Assembly: GCA_040954595.2 (NCBI GenBank)
Contig: CM082584.2
Coordinates: 2,263,344 to 2,327,343, forward strand
Direction of reading: 5' to 3'
Length of the DNA: 64,000 nucleotides
Origin: Balanoglossus misakiensis
Taxonomy: Eukaryota > Animalia > Hemichordata
Part shown: positions 50,801 through 64,000 of the stretch, one piece after another
Position numbering within the stretch: the stretch's first letter is position 1
Layout: every line of letters begins with the position of its first letter
Notes under the pieces: model-generated
Databases searched by the model: none
What the model was told of the DNA's origin: nothing
What the model saw: the letters and a program-made list of their open reading frames with translations, nothing else
Position numbers and translations under genes: made by a program

Positions 50801-53800
50801 AAAGTGAAGTGATTGCATCACTATCTACCCTGATGCATCATCAACCTTGCTTCGCCATTTGCCCTGATGCAAAGAATCAGATTCAATGTCATCGTTGCAT
50901 TAGCAATGTCAAATTAGAGTGCTTTTGGCCACGTATTAACCTATGGATTTACATTTAACATTAAATACCCATGTGAAAGTGCAGAGTTTGCATCACCATC
51001 TACTCTGATGCATCATTGAGCTTGCTTCGCCATTTGCCCTAATGCAAAGAATCCCATTCAATGTCACCATTGCATATGCAATGTCAAAGTACAGTGCTTT
51101 CCGCCACGTATTAACCCAGGGATTTACAGATAACTTTAAATCCCCCTGTAGGCATTTTATACCCATGTCAAAGTGCAGAGCTTGCATCACTATCTACCCT
51201 GATGCATAATCAACCTTGCTTCGCCATTTACCCTGATGCAAAGAATCAGATTCAATGTCATCGCTGCATTAGCAATGTCAAAGTACAGTGTTTTTGGACA
51301 CGTATTAACCCAGGGATTTACAGACAACTTTAAATCTCCCTGTAGGCATTTTATACCCATGTCAAAGTGAAGTGTTTGCATCACTATCTACCCTGATGCG
51401 TCATAAAGCTTGCTACGCCATTTACCCTGATGCAAAGAATCAGATTCAATGTCATCATTGCATTAGCAATGTCAAAGTACAGTGCTTTTGGACACGTATT
51501 AACCCACAGATTTTTCAACAACCTGAAATCCCCATATGCATTTAATACCCATGTCAAAGTGAAGTGTTTGCATCACTATCTACCCTGATGCGTCATAAAG
51601 CTTGCTACGCCATTTACCCTGATGCAAAGAATCAGATTCAATGTCATCGTTGCATTAGCAATGTCAAAGTACAGTGCTTTTGGACACGTATTAACCCACA
51701 GATTTTTCAACAACCTGAAATCCCCATATGCATTTAATACCCATGTCAAAGTGAAGTGTTTGCATCACTATCTACCCTGATGCATCATAAAGCTTGCTAC
51801 GCCATTTACCCTGATGCAAAGAATCAGATTCAATGTCATCGTTGCATTAGCAATGTCAAAGTACAGTGCTTTTGGACACGTATTAACCCAGGGATTTATC
51901 ATCAATTTGAAATCCCCATATGCATTTAATACCCATGTCAAAGTGAAGTGATTGCATCACTATCTATCCTGATGCATCATCAACCTTGCTTCGCCATTTG
52001 CCCTGATGCAAGGAATCAGATTCAATGTCATCGTTGCATTAGCAATGTCAAATTAGAGTGCTTTTGGCCACGTATTAACCTATGGATTTACATTTAACAT
52101 TAAATACCCATGTGAAAGTGCAGAGTTTGCATCACCATCTACTCTGATGCATCATTGAGCTTGCTTCACCATTTGCCCTAATGCAAAGAATCCCATTCAA
52201 TGTCACCATTGCATATGCAATGTCAAAGTACAGTGCTTTCCGCCACGTATTAACCCAGGGATTTACAGACAACTTTAAATCCCCCAGTAGGCATTTTATA
52301 CCCATGTCAAAGTGCAGAGCTTGCATCACTATCTACCCTGATGCATCATCAACCTTGCTTCGCCATTTACCCTGATGCAAAGAATCAGATTCAATGTCAT
52401 CGTTGCATTAGCAATGTCAAAGTACAGTGCTTTTGGACACGTATTAACCTAGGGATTTACAGACAACTTTAAATCCCCCTGTAGGCATTTTACACCCATG
52501 TCAAAGTGAAGTGTTTGCATCACTATCTACCCTGATGCATCATAAAGCTTGCTACGCCATTTACCCTGATGCAAAGAATCAGATTCAATGTCATCATTGC
52601 ATTAGCAATGTCAAAGTACAGTGCTTTTCGACACGTATTAACCCATAGATTTTTCAACAACCTGAAATCCCCATTTGCATTTAATACCCATGTCAAAGTG
52701 AAGTGTTTGCATCACTATCTACCCTGATGCATCATAAAGCTTGCTACGCCATTTACCCTGATGCAAAGAATCAGATTCAATGTCATCGTTACATTAGCAA
52801 TGTCAAAGTACAGTGCTTTTGGACACGTATTAACCCAGGGATTTATCATCAACTTGAAATCCCCATATGCATTTAATACCCATGTCAAAGTGAAGTGATT
52901 GCATCACTATCTACCCTGATGCAATATCAACCTTGCTTCACCATTTGCCCAGATGCAAAGAATCAGATTCAATGTCATCGTTGCATTAGCAATGTCAAAT
53001 TAGAGTGCTTTTGGCCACGTATTAACCTATGGATTTACATTTAACATTAAATACCCATGTGAAAGTGCAGAGTTTGCATCACCATCTACTCTGATGCATC
53101 ATTGAGCTTGCTTCGCCATTTGCCCTAATGCAAAGAATCCCATTCAATGTCACCATTGCATATGCAATGTCAAAGTACAGTGCTTTCAGCCACGTATTAA
53201 CCCAGGGATTTACAGACAACTTTAAATCCCCCTGTAGGCATTTTATACCCATGTCAAAGTGCAGAGCTTGCATCACAATCTACCCTGATGCATCATCAAC
53301 CTTGCTTTGCCATTTACCCTGATGCAAAGAATCAGATTCAATGTCATTGCTGCATTAGCAATGTCAAAGTACAGTGTTTTTGGACACGTATTAACCCAGG
53401 GATTTACAGACAACTTTAAATCCCCCTGTAGGCATTTTATACCCATGTCAAAGTGAAGTGTTTGCATCACTATCTACCCTGATGCGTCATAAAGCTTGCT
53501 ACGCCATTTACCCTGATGCAAAGAATCAGATTCAATGTCATCATTGCATTAGCAATGTCAAAGTACAGTGCTTTTGGACACGTATTAACCCACAGATTTT
53601 TCAACAACCTGAAATCCCCATATGCATTTAATACCCATGTCAAAGTGTAGTGTTTGCATCACTATCTACCCTGATGCGTCATAAAGCTTGCTACGCCATT
53701 TACCCTGATGCAAAGAATCAGATTCAATGTCATCGTTGCATTAGCAATGTCAAAGTACAGTGCTTTTGGACACGTATTAACCCACAGATTTTTCAACAAC

Positions 53801-56800
53801 CTGAAATCCCCATATGCATTTAATACCCATGTCAAAGTGAAGTGTTTGCATCACTATCTACCCTGATGCATCATAAAGCTTGCTACGCCATTTACCCTGA
53901 TGCAAAGAATCAGATTCAATGTCATCGTTGCATTAGCAATGTCAAAGTACAGTGCTTTTGGACACGTATTAACCCAGGGATTTATCATCAATTTGAAATC
54001 CCCATATGCATTTAATACCAATGTCAAAGTGAAGTGATTGCATCACTATCTACCCTGATGCATCATCAACCTTGCTTCGCCATTTGCCCTGATGCAAAGA
54101 ATCAGATTCAATGTCATCGTTGCATTAGCAATGTCAAATTAGAGTGCTTTTGGCCACGTATTAACCTATGGATTTACATTTAACATTAAATACCCATGTG
54201 AAAGTGCAGAGTTTGCATCACCATCTACTCTGATGCATCATTGAGCTTGCTTCGCCATTTGCCCTAATGCAAAGAATCCCATTCAATGTCACCATTGCAT
54301 ATGCAATGTCAAAGTACAGTGCTTTCCGCCACGTATTAACCCAGGGATTTACAGACAACTTTAAATCCCCCTGTAGGCATTTTATACCCATGTCAAAGTG
54401 CAGAGCTTGCATCACTATCTACCCTGATGCATCATCAACCTTGCTTCGCGATTTACCCTGATGCAAAGAATCAGATTCAATGTCATCGTTGCATTAGCAA
54501 TGTCAAAGTACAGTGCTTTTGGACACGTATTAACCCAGGGATTTATCATCAATTTGAAATCCCCATATGCATTTAATACCAATGTCAAAGTGAAGTGATT
54601 GCATCACTATCTACCCTGATGCATCATCAACCTTGCTTCGCCATTTGCCCTGATGCAAAGAATCAGATTCAATGTCATCGTTGCATTAGCAATGTCAAAT
54701 TAGAGTGCTTTTGGCCACGTATTAACCTATGGATTTACATTTAACATTAAATACCCATGTGAAAGTGCAGAGTTTGCATCACCATCTACTCTGATGCATC
54801 ATTGAGCTTGCTTCGCCATTTGCCCTAATGCAAAGAATCCCATTCAATGTCACCATTGCATATGCAATGTCAAAGTACAGTGCTTTCCGCCACGTATTAA
54901 CCCAGAGATTTACAGACAACTTTAAATCCCCCTGTAGGCATTTTATACCCATGTCAAAGTGCAGAGCTTGCATCACTATCTACCCTGATGCATCATCAAC
55001 CTTGCTTCGCGATTTACCCTGATGCAAAGAATCAGATTCAATGTCATCGTTGCATTAGCAATGTCAAAGTACAGTGCTTTTGGACACGTATTAACCCAGG
55101 GATTTACAGACAACTTTAAATCCCCCTGTAGGCATTTTATACCCATGTCAAAGTGAAGTGTTTGCATCACTATCTACTCTGATGCATCATAAAGCTTGCT
55201 ACGCCATTTACCCTGATGCAAAGAATCAGATTCAATGTCATCATTGCATTAGCAATGTCAAAGTACAGTGCTTTTCGACACGTATTAACCCACAGATTTT
55301 TCAACAACCTGAAATCCCCATATGCATTTAATACCCATGTCAAAGTGAAGTGTTTGCATCACTATCTACCCTGATGCATCATAAAGCTTGCTACGCCATT
55401 TACCCTGATGCAAAGAATCAGATTCAATGTCATCGTTACATTAGCAATGTCAAAGTACAGTGCTTTTGGACATGTATTAACCCAGGGATTTATCATCAAC
55501 TTGAAATCCCCATATGCATTTAATACCCATGTCAAAGTGAAGTGATTGCATCACTATCTACCCTGATGCAATATCAACCTTGCTTCACCATTTGCCCAGA
55601 TGCAAAGAATCAGATTCAATGTCATCGTTGCATTAGCAATGTCAAATTAGAGTGCTTTTGGCCACGTATTAACCTATGGATTTACATTTAACATTAAATA
55701 CCCATGTGAAAGTGCAGAGTTTGCATCACCATCTACTCTGATGCATCATTGAGCTTGCTTCGCCATTTGCCCTAATGCAAAGAATCCCATTCAATGTCAC
55801 CATTGCAAATGCAATGTCAAAGTACAGTGCTTTCCGCCACGTATTAACCCAGGGATTTACAGACAACTTTAAATCCCCCAGTAGGCATTTTATACCCATG
55901 TCAAAGTGCAGAGCTTGCATCACTATCTACCCTGATGCATCATCAACCTTGCTTCGCCATTTACCCTGATGCAAAGAATCAGATTCAATGTCATCGTTGC
56001 ATTAGCAATGTCAAAGTACAGTGCTTTTGGACACGTATTAACCCAGGGATTTACAGACAACTTTAAATCCCCCTGTAGGCATTTTACACCCATGTCAAAG
56101 TGAAGTGTTTGCATCACTATCTACCCTGATGCGTCATAAAGCTTGCTACGCCATTTACCCTGATGCAAAGAATCAGATTCAATGTCATCATTGCATTAGC
56201 AATGTCAAAGTACAGTGCTTTTCGACACGTATTAACCCACAGATTTTTCAACAACCTGAAATCCCCATATGCATTTAATACCCATGTCAAAGTGAAGTGT
56301 TTGCATCACTATCTACCCTGATGCATCATAAAGCTTGCTACGCCATTTACCCTGATGCAAAGAATCAAATTCAATGTCATCGTTACATTAGCAATGTCAA
56401 AGTACAGTGCTTTTGGACACGTATTAACCCAGGGATTTATCATCAACTTGAAATCCCCATATGCATTTAATACCCATGTCAAAGTGAAGTGATTGCATCA
56501 CTATCTACCCTGATGCAATATCAACCTTGCTTCGCCATTTGCCCAGATGCAAAGAATCAGATTCAATGTCATCGTTGCATTAGCAATGTCAAATTAGAGT
56601 GCTTTTGGCCACGTATTAACCTATGGATTTACATTTAACATTAAATACCCATGTGAAAGTGCAGAGTTTGCATCACCATCTACTCTGATGCATCATTGAG
56701 CTTGCTTCGCCATTTGCCCTAATGCAAAGAATCCCATTCAATGTCACCATTGTATATGCAATGTCAAAGTACAGTGCTTTCAGCCACGTATTAACCCAGG

Positions 56801-59800
56801 GATTTACAGACAACTTTAAATCCCCCTGTAGGCATTTTATACCCATGTCAAAGTGCAGAGCTTGCATCACTATCTACCCTGATGCATCATCAACCTTGCT
56901 TTGCCATTTACCCTGATGCAAAGAATCAGATTCAATGTCATCGCTGCATTAGCAATGTCAAAGTACAGTGTTTTTGGACACGTATTAACCCAGGGATTTA
57001 CAGACAACTTTAAATCCCCCTGTATGCTTTTTATACCCATGTCAAAGTGAAGTGTTTGCATCACTATCTACCCTGATGCGTCATAAAGCTTGCTACGCCA
57101 TTTACCCTGATGCAAAGAATCAGATTCAATGTCATCGTTGCATTAGCAATGTCAAAGTACAGTGCTTTTCGACACGTATTAACCCATAGATTTTTCAACA
57201 ACCTGAAATCCCCATTTGCATTTAATACCCATGTCAAAGTGAAGTGTTTGCATCACTATCTACCCTGATGCATCATAAAGCTTGCTACGCCATTTACCCT
57301 GATGCAAAGAATCAGATTCAATGTCATCGTTACATTAGCAATGTCAAAGTACAGTGCTTTTGGACACGTATTAACCCAGGGATTTATCATCAACTTGAAA
57401 TCCCCATATGCATTTAATACCCATGTCAAAGTGAAGTGATTGCATCACTCTCTACCCTGATGCAATATCAACCTTGCTTCACCATTTGCCCAGATGCAAA
57501 GAATCAGATTCAATGTCATCGTTGCATTAGCAATGTCAAATTAGAGTGCTTTTGGCCACGTATTAACCTATGGATTTACATTTAACATTAAATACCCATG
57601 TGAAAGTGCAGAGTTTGCATCACCATCTACTCTGATGCATCATTGAGCTTGCTTCGCCATTTGCCCTAATGCAAAGAATCCCATTCAATGTCACCATTGC
57701 ATATGCAATGTCAAAGTACAGTGCTTTCAGCCACGTATTAACCCAGGGATTTACAGACAACTTTAAATCCCCCTGTAGGCATTTTATACCCATGTCAAAG
57801 TGCAGAGCTTGCATCACAATCTACCCTGATGCATCATCAACCTTGCTTTGCCATTTACCCTGATGCAAAGAATCAGATTCAATGTCATTGCTGCATTAGC
57901 AATGTCAAAGTACAGTGTTTTTGGACACGTATTAACCCAGGGATTTACAGACAACTTTAAATCCCCCTGTAGGCATTTTATACCCATGTCAAAGTGAAGT
58001 GTTTGCATCACTATCTACCCTGATGCGTCATAAAGCTTGCTACGCCATTTACCCTGATGCAAAGAATCAGATTCAATGTCATCATTGCATTAGCAATGTC
58101 AAAGTACAGTGCTTTTGGACACGTATTAACCCACAGATTTTTCAACAACCTGAAATCCCCATATGCATTTAATACCCATGTCAAAGTGTAGTGTTTGCAT
58201 CACTATCTACCCTGATGCGTCATAAAGCTTGCTACGCCATTTACCCTGATGCAAAGAATCAGATTCAATGTCATCGTTGCATTAGCAATGTCAAAGTACA
58301 GTGCTTTTGGACACGTATTAACCCACAGATTTTTCAACAACCTGAAATCCCCATATGCATTTAATACCCATGTCAAAGTGAAGTGTTTGCATCACTATCT
58401 ACCCTGATGCATCATAAAGCTTGCTACGCCATTTACCCTGATGCAAAGAATCAGATTCAATGTCATCGTTGCATTAGCAATGTCAAAGTACAGTGCTTTT
58501 GGACACGTATTAACCCAGGGATTTATCATCAATTTGAAATCCCCATATGCATTTAATACCAATGTCAAAGTGAAGTGATTGCATCACTATCTACCCTGAT
58601 GCATCATCAACCTTGCTTCGCCATTTGCCCTGATGCAAAGAATCAGATTCAATGTCATCGTTGCATTAGCAATGTCAAATTAGAGTGCTTTTGGCCACGT
58701 ATTAACCTATGGATTTACATTTAACATTAAATACCCATGTGAAAGTGCAGAGTTTGCATCACCATCTACTCTGATGCATCATTGAGCTTGCTTCGCCATT
58801 TGCCCTAATGCAAAGAATCCCATTCAATGTCACCATTGCATATGCAATGTCAAAGTACAGTGCTTTCCGCCACGTATTAACCCAGGGATTTACAGACAAC
58901 TTTAAATCCCCCTGTAGGCATTTTATACCCATGTCAAAGTGCAGAGCTTGCATCACTATCTACCCTGATGCATCATCAACCTTGCTTCGCGATTTACCCT
59001 GATGCAAAGAATCAGATTCAATGTCATCGTTGCATTAGCAATGTCAAAGTACAGTGCTTTTGGACACGTATTAACCCAGGGATTTATCATCAATTTGAAA
59101 TCCCCATATGCATTTAATACCAATGTCAAAGTGAAGTGATTGCATCACTATCTACCCTGATGCATCATCAACCTTGCTTCGCCATTTGCCCTGATGCAAA
59201 GAATCAGATTCAATGTCATCGTTGCATTAGCAATGTCAAATTAGAGTGCTTTTGGCCACGTATTAACCTATGGATTTACATTTAACATTAAATACCCATG
59301 TGAAAGTGCAGAGTTTGCATCACCATCTACTCTGATGCATCATTGAGCTTGCTTCGCCATTTGCCCTAATGCAAAGAATCCCATTCAATGTCACCATTGC
59401 ATATGCAATGTCAAAGTACAGTGCTTTCCGCCACGTATTAACCCAGAGATTTACAGACAACTTTAAATCCCCCTGTAGGCATTTTATACCCATGTCAAAG
59501 TGCAGAGCTTGCATCACTATCTACCCTGATGCATCATCAACCTTGCTTCGCGATTTACCCTGATGCAAAGAATCAGATTCAATGTCATCGTTGCATTAGC
59601 AATGTCAAAGTACAGTGCTTTTGGACACGTATTAACCCAGGGATTTACAGACAACTTTAAATCCCCCTGTAGGCATTTTATACCCATGTCAAAGTGAAGT
59701 GTTTGCATCACTATCTACTCTGATGCATCATAAAGCTTGCTACGCCATTTACCCTGATGCAAAGAATCAGATTCAATGTCATCATTGCATTAGCAATGTC

Positions 59801-62800
59801 AAAGTACAGTGCTTTTCGACACGTATTAACCCACAGATTTTTCAACAACCTGAAATCCCCATATGCATTTAATACCCATGTCAAAGTGAAGTGTTTGCAT
59901 CACTATCTACCCTGATGCATCATAAAGCTTGCTACGCCATTTACCCTGATGCAAAGAATCAGATTCAATGTCATCGTTACATTAGCAATGTCAAAGTACA
60001 GTGCTTTTGGACATGTATTAACCCAGGGATTTATCATCAACTTGAAATCCCCATATGCATTTAATACCCATGTCAAAGTGAAGTGATTGCATCACTATCT
60101 ACCCTGATGCAATATCAACCTTGCTTCACCATTTGCCCAGATGCAAAGAATCAGATTCAATGTCATCGTTGCATTAGCAATGTCAAATTAGAGTGCTTTT
60201 GGCCACGTATTAACCTATGGATTTACATTTAACATTAAATACCCATGTGAAAGTGCAGAGTTTGCATCACCATCTACTCTGATGCATCATTGAGCTTGCT
60301 TCGCCATTTGCCCTAATGCAAAGAATCCCATTCAATGTCACCATTGCAAATGCAATGTCAAAGTACAGTGCTTTCCGCCACGTATTAACCCAGGGATTTA
60401 CAGACAACTTTAAATCCCCCAGTAGGCATTTTATACCCATGTCAAAGTGCAGAGCTTGCATCACTATCTACCCTGATGCATCATCAACCTTGCTTCGCCA
60501 TTTACCCTGATGCAAAGAATCAGATTCAATGTCATCGTTGCATTAGCAATGTCAAAGTACAGTGCTTTTGGACACGTATTAACCCAGGGATTTACAGACA
60601 ACTTTAAATCCCCCTGTAGGCATTTTACACCCATGTCAAAGTGAAGTGTTTGCATCACTATCTACCCTGATGCGTCATAAAGCTTGCTACGCCATTTACC
60701 CTGATGCAAAGAATCAGATTCAATGTCATCATTGCATTAGCAATGTCAAAGTACAGTGCTTTTCGACACGTATTAACCCACAGATTTTTCAACAACCTGA
60801 AATCCCCATATGCATTTAATACCCATGTCAAAGTGAAGTGTTTGCATCACTATCTACCCTGATGCATCATAAAGCTTGCTACGCCATTTACCCTGATGCA
60901 AAGAATCAAATTCAATGTCATCGTTACATTAGCAATGTCAAAGTACAGTGCTTTTGGACACGTATTAACCCAGGGATTTATCATCAACTTGAAATCCCCA
61001 TATGCATTTAATACCCATGTCAAAGTGAAGTGATTGCATCACTATCTACCCTGATGCAATATCAACCTTGCTTCGCCATTTGCCCAGATGCAAAGAATCA
61101 GATTCAATGTCATCGTTGCATTAGCAATGTCAAATTAGAGTGCTTTTGGCCACGTATTAACCTATGGATTTACATTTAACATTAAATACCCATGTGAAAG
61201 TGCAGAGTTTGCATCACCATCTACTCTGATGCATCATTGAGCTTGCTTCGCCATTTGCCCTAATGCAAAGAATCCCATTCAATGTCACCATTGTATATGC
61301 AATGTCAAAGTACAGTGCTTTCAGCCACGTATTAACCCAGGGATTTACAGACAACTTTAAATCCCCCTGTAGGCATTTTATACCCATGTCAAAGTGCAGA
61401 GCTTGCATCACTATCTACCCTGATGCATCATCAACCTTGCTTTGCCATTTACCCTGATGCAAAGAATCAGATTCAATGTCATCGCTGCATTAGCAATGTC
61501 AAAGTACAGTGTTTTTGGACACGTATTAACCCAGGGATTTACAGACAACTTTAAATCCCCCTGTATGCTTTTTATACCCATGTCAAAGTGAAGTGTTTGC
61601 ATCACTATCTACCCTGATGCGTCATAAAGCTTGCTACGCCATTTACCCTGATGCAAAGAATCAGATTCAATGTCATCGTTGCATTAGCAATGTCAAAGTA
61701 CAGTGCTTTTGGACACGTATTAACCCACAGATTTTTCAACAACCTGAAATCCCCATATGCATTTAATACCCATGACAAAGTGAAGTGTTTGCATCACTAT
61801 CTACCCTGATGCATCATCAACCTTGCTTCGCCATTTACCCTGATGCAAAGAATCAGATTCAATGTCATCGCTGCATTAGCAATGTCAAAGTACAGTGTTT
61901 TTGGACACGTATTAACCCAGGGATTTACAGACAACTTTAAATCCCCCTGTAGGCATTTTATACCCATGTCAAAGTGAAGTGTTTGCATCACTATCTACCC
62001 TGATGCGTCATAAAGCTTGCTACGCCATTTACCCTGATGCAAAGAATCAGATTCAATGTCATCGTTGCATTAGCAATGTCAAAGTACAGTGCTTTTGGAC
62101 ACGTATTAACCCACAGATTTTTCAACAACCTGAAATCCCCATATGCATTTAATACCCATGACAAAGTGAAGTGTTTGCATCACTATCTACCCTGATGCAT
62201 CATAAAGCTTGCTACGCCATTTACCCTGATGCAAAGAATCAGATTCAATGTCATCGTTGCATTAGCAATGTCAAAGTACAGTGCTTTTGGACACGTATTA
62301 ACCCAGGGATTTATCATCAACTTGAAATCGCCATATGCATTTAATACCAATGTCAAAGTGAAGTGATTGCATCACTATCTACCCTGATGCATCATCAACC
62401 TTGCTTCGCCATTTGCCCTGATGCAAAGAATCAGATTCAATGTCATCGTTCCATTAGCAATGTCAAATTAGAGTGCTTTTGGCCACGTATTAACCTATGG
62501 ATTTACATTTAACATTAAATACCCATGTGAAAGTGCAGAGTTTGCATCACCATCTACTCTGATGCATCATTGAGCTTGCTTCGCCATTTGCCTTAATGCA
62601 AAGAATCCCATTCAATGTCACCATTGCATATGCAATGTCAAAGTACAGTGCTTTCAGCCACGTATTAACCCAGGGATTTACAGACAACTTTAAATCCCCC
62701 TGTAGGCATTTTATACCCATGTCAAAGTGCAGAGCTTGCATCACTATCTACCCTGATGCATCATCAACCTTGCTTCGCCATTTACCCTGATGCAAAGAAT

Positions 62801-64000
62801 CAGATTCAATGTCATCGCTGCATTAGCAATGTCAAAGTACAGTGTTTTTGGACACGTATTAACCCAGGGATTTACAGACAACTTTAAATCCCCCTGTAGG
62901 CATTTTATACCCATGTCAATGTGAAGTGTTTGCATCACTATCTACCCTGATGCGTCATAAAGCTTGCTACGCCATTTACCCTGATGCAAAGAATCAGATT
63001 CAATGTCATCGTTGCATTAGCAATGTCAAAGTACAGTGCTTTTGGACACGTATTAACCCAGGGATTTATCATCAACTTGAAATCGCCATATGCATTTAAT
63101 ACCAATGTCAAAGTGAAGTGATTGCATCACTATCTACCCTGATGCATCATCAACCTTGCTTCGCCATTTGCCCTGATGCAAAGAATCAGATTCAATGTAA
63201 TCGTTCCATTAGCATTGTCAAATTAGAGTGCTTTTGGCCACGTATTAACCTATGGATTTACATTTAACATTAAATACCCATGTGAAAGTGCAGAGTTTGC
63301 ATCACCATCTACTCTGATGCATCATTGAGCTTGCTTCGCCATTTGCCCTAATGCAAAGAATCGCATTCAATGTCACCATTGCATATGCAATGTCAAAGTA
63401 CAGTGCTATCCGCCACGTATTAACCCAGGGATTTACAGACAACTTTAAATCCCCCTGTAGGCATTTTATACCCATGTCAAAGTGCATAGCTTGCATCACT
63501 ATCTACCCTGATGCATCATCAACCTTGCTTCGCCATTTACCCTGATGCAAAGAATCAGATTCAATGTCATCGTTGCATTAGCAATGTCAAAGTACAGTGC
63601 TTTTGCACACGTATTAACCCAGGGATTTACAGACAACTTTAAATTCCCCTGTAGGCATTTTATACCCATGTCAAAGTGAAGTGTTTGTATCACTATCTAC
63701 CCTGATGCATCATAAAGCTTGCTACGCCATTTACCCTGATGCAAAGAATCAGATTCAATGTCATCATTGCATTAGCAATATCAAAGTACAGTGCTTTTCG
63801 ACACGTATTAACCCACAGATTTTTCAACAACCTGAAATCCCCATATGCATTTAATACCCATGTCAAAGTGAAGTGTTTGCATCACTATCTACCCTGATGC
63901 ATCATAAAGCTTGCTACGCCATTTACCCTGATGCAAAGAATCAGATTCAATGTCATCGTTACATTAGCAATGTCAAAGTACAGTGCTTTTGGACACGTAT
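41875..64000. repeat. Satellite array with 175-194-bp monomers, 947-bp 5-mer higher-order unit (variants 561, 755, 1139 bp) and a 4,541-bp duplicated block
   Basis: Monomer gcatcactatctaccctgatgcatcat...atgtcaaagt...; marker-ORF spacings 947, 1139, 561, 947, 947 recur; array continues past the window end. Confidence 0.98.
43187..46006. mobile_element. 2.8-kb non-autonomous TIR element with TA TSD inserted in the satellite
   Basis: TA|cagtcccaacag ... ctgttgggactg|TA; removal restores the satellite motif ggcca(c/t)gtattaacc; subterminal repeats ctacgggaac and tgcaaca. Confidence 0.88.

Noticed and set aside
41935-63693. Dozens of 64-65-aa ORFs (MMQALHFDMG..., MQRIPFNV...)
   Set aside because: They are by-products of satellite monomers; 194- and 175-bp units break the frame and there is no domain or gene structure.
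41875-64000. CRISPR-like or coding-repeat reading of the array
   Set aside because: No unique spacers and no cas genes; whole monomers repeat; the context is eukaryotic with spliceosomal introns.
1-64000. tRNA or rRNA genes
   Set aside because: None recognised by eye; tRNAscan-SE or Infernal would be needed to exclude them.

Overview
AT-rich eukaryotic (metazoan, probably marine-invertebrate) genomic DNA made almost entirely of nested transposable elements; I see no conventional host gene. In order: the 5' part of a Helentron/Helitron2-like element (minus-strand ORF from 1760 off the window edge, OTU protease domain plus charged repeats) with a TAA-flanked MITE in it; three stacked non-autonomous Helentron-like elements; a ~520-bp tandem triplet; a scrambled chromodomain-bearing Gypsy LTR retrotransposon interrupted by a 5-bp-TSD DNA element; an L2-like LINE remnant; a HIRAN-like fragment; a decayed Academ/DUF6589-like transposase gene split by an almost intact ISL2EU/IS4EU transposon (THAP-DDE transposase and a convergent SWIM-YqaJ nuclease); a TAA-flanked GG-ended TIR element; a Crypton-like tyrosine recombinase remnant; and a putative large Zator-like element with a multi-exon DDE transposase head-to-head with a SAM-domain gene. 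From ~41.9 kb to the end is a ~190-bp satellite with 947-bp and 4,541-bp higher-order periods, starting inside a transposase intron and carrying one 2.8-kb TA-flanked insertion. The best candidates for something new are the two-gene Zator-like element and the ISL2EU TIRs, which appear to supply an identical promoter and leader-exon donor to both convergent genes. Family assignments rest on my recognition of motifs; no database search was run.
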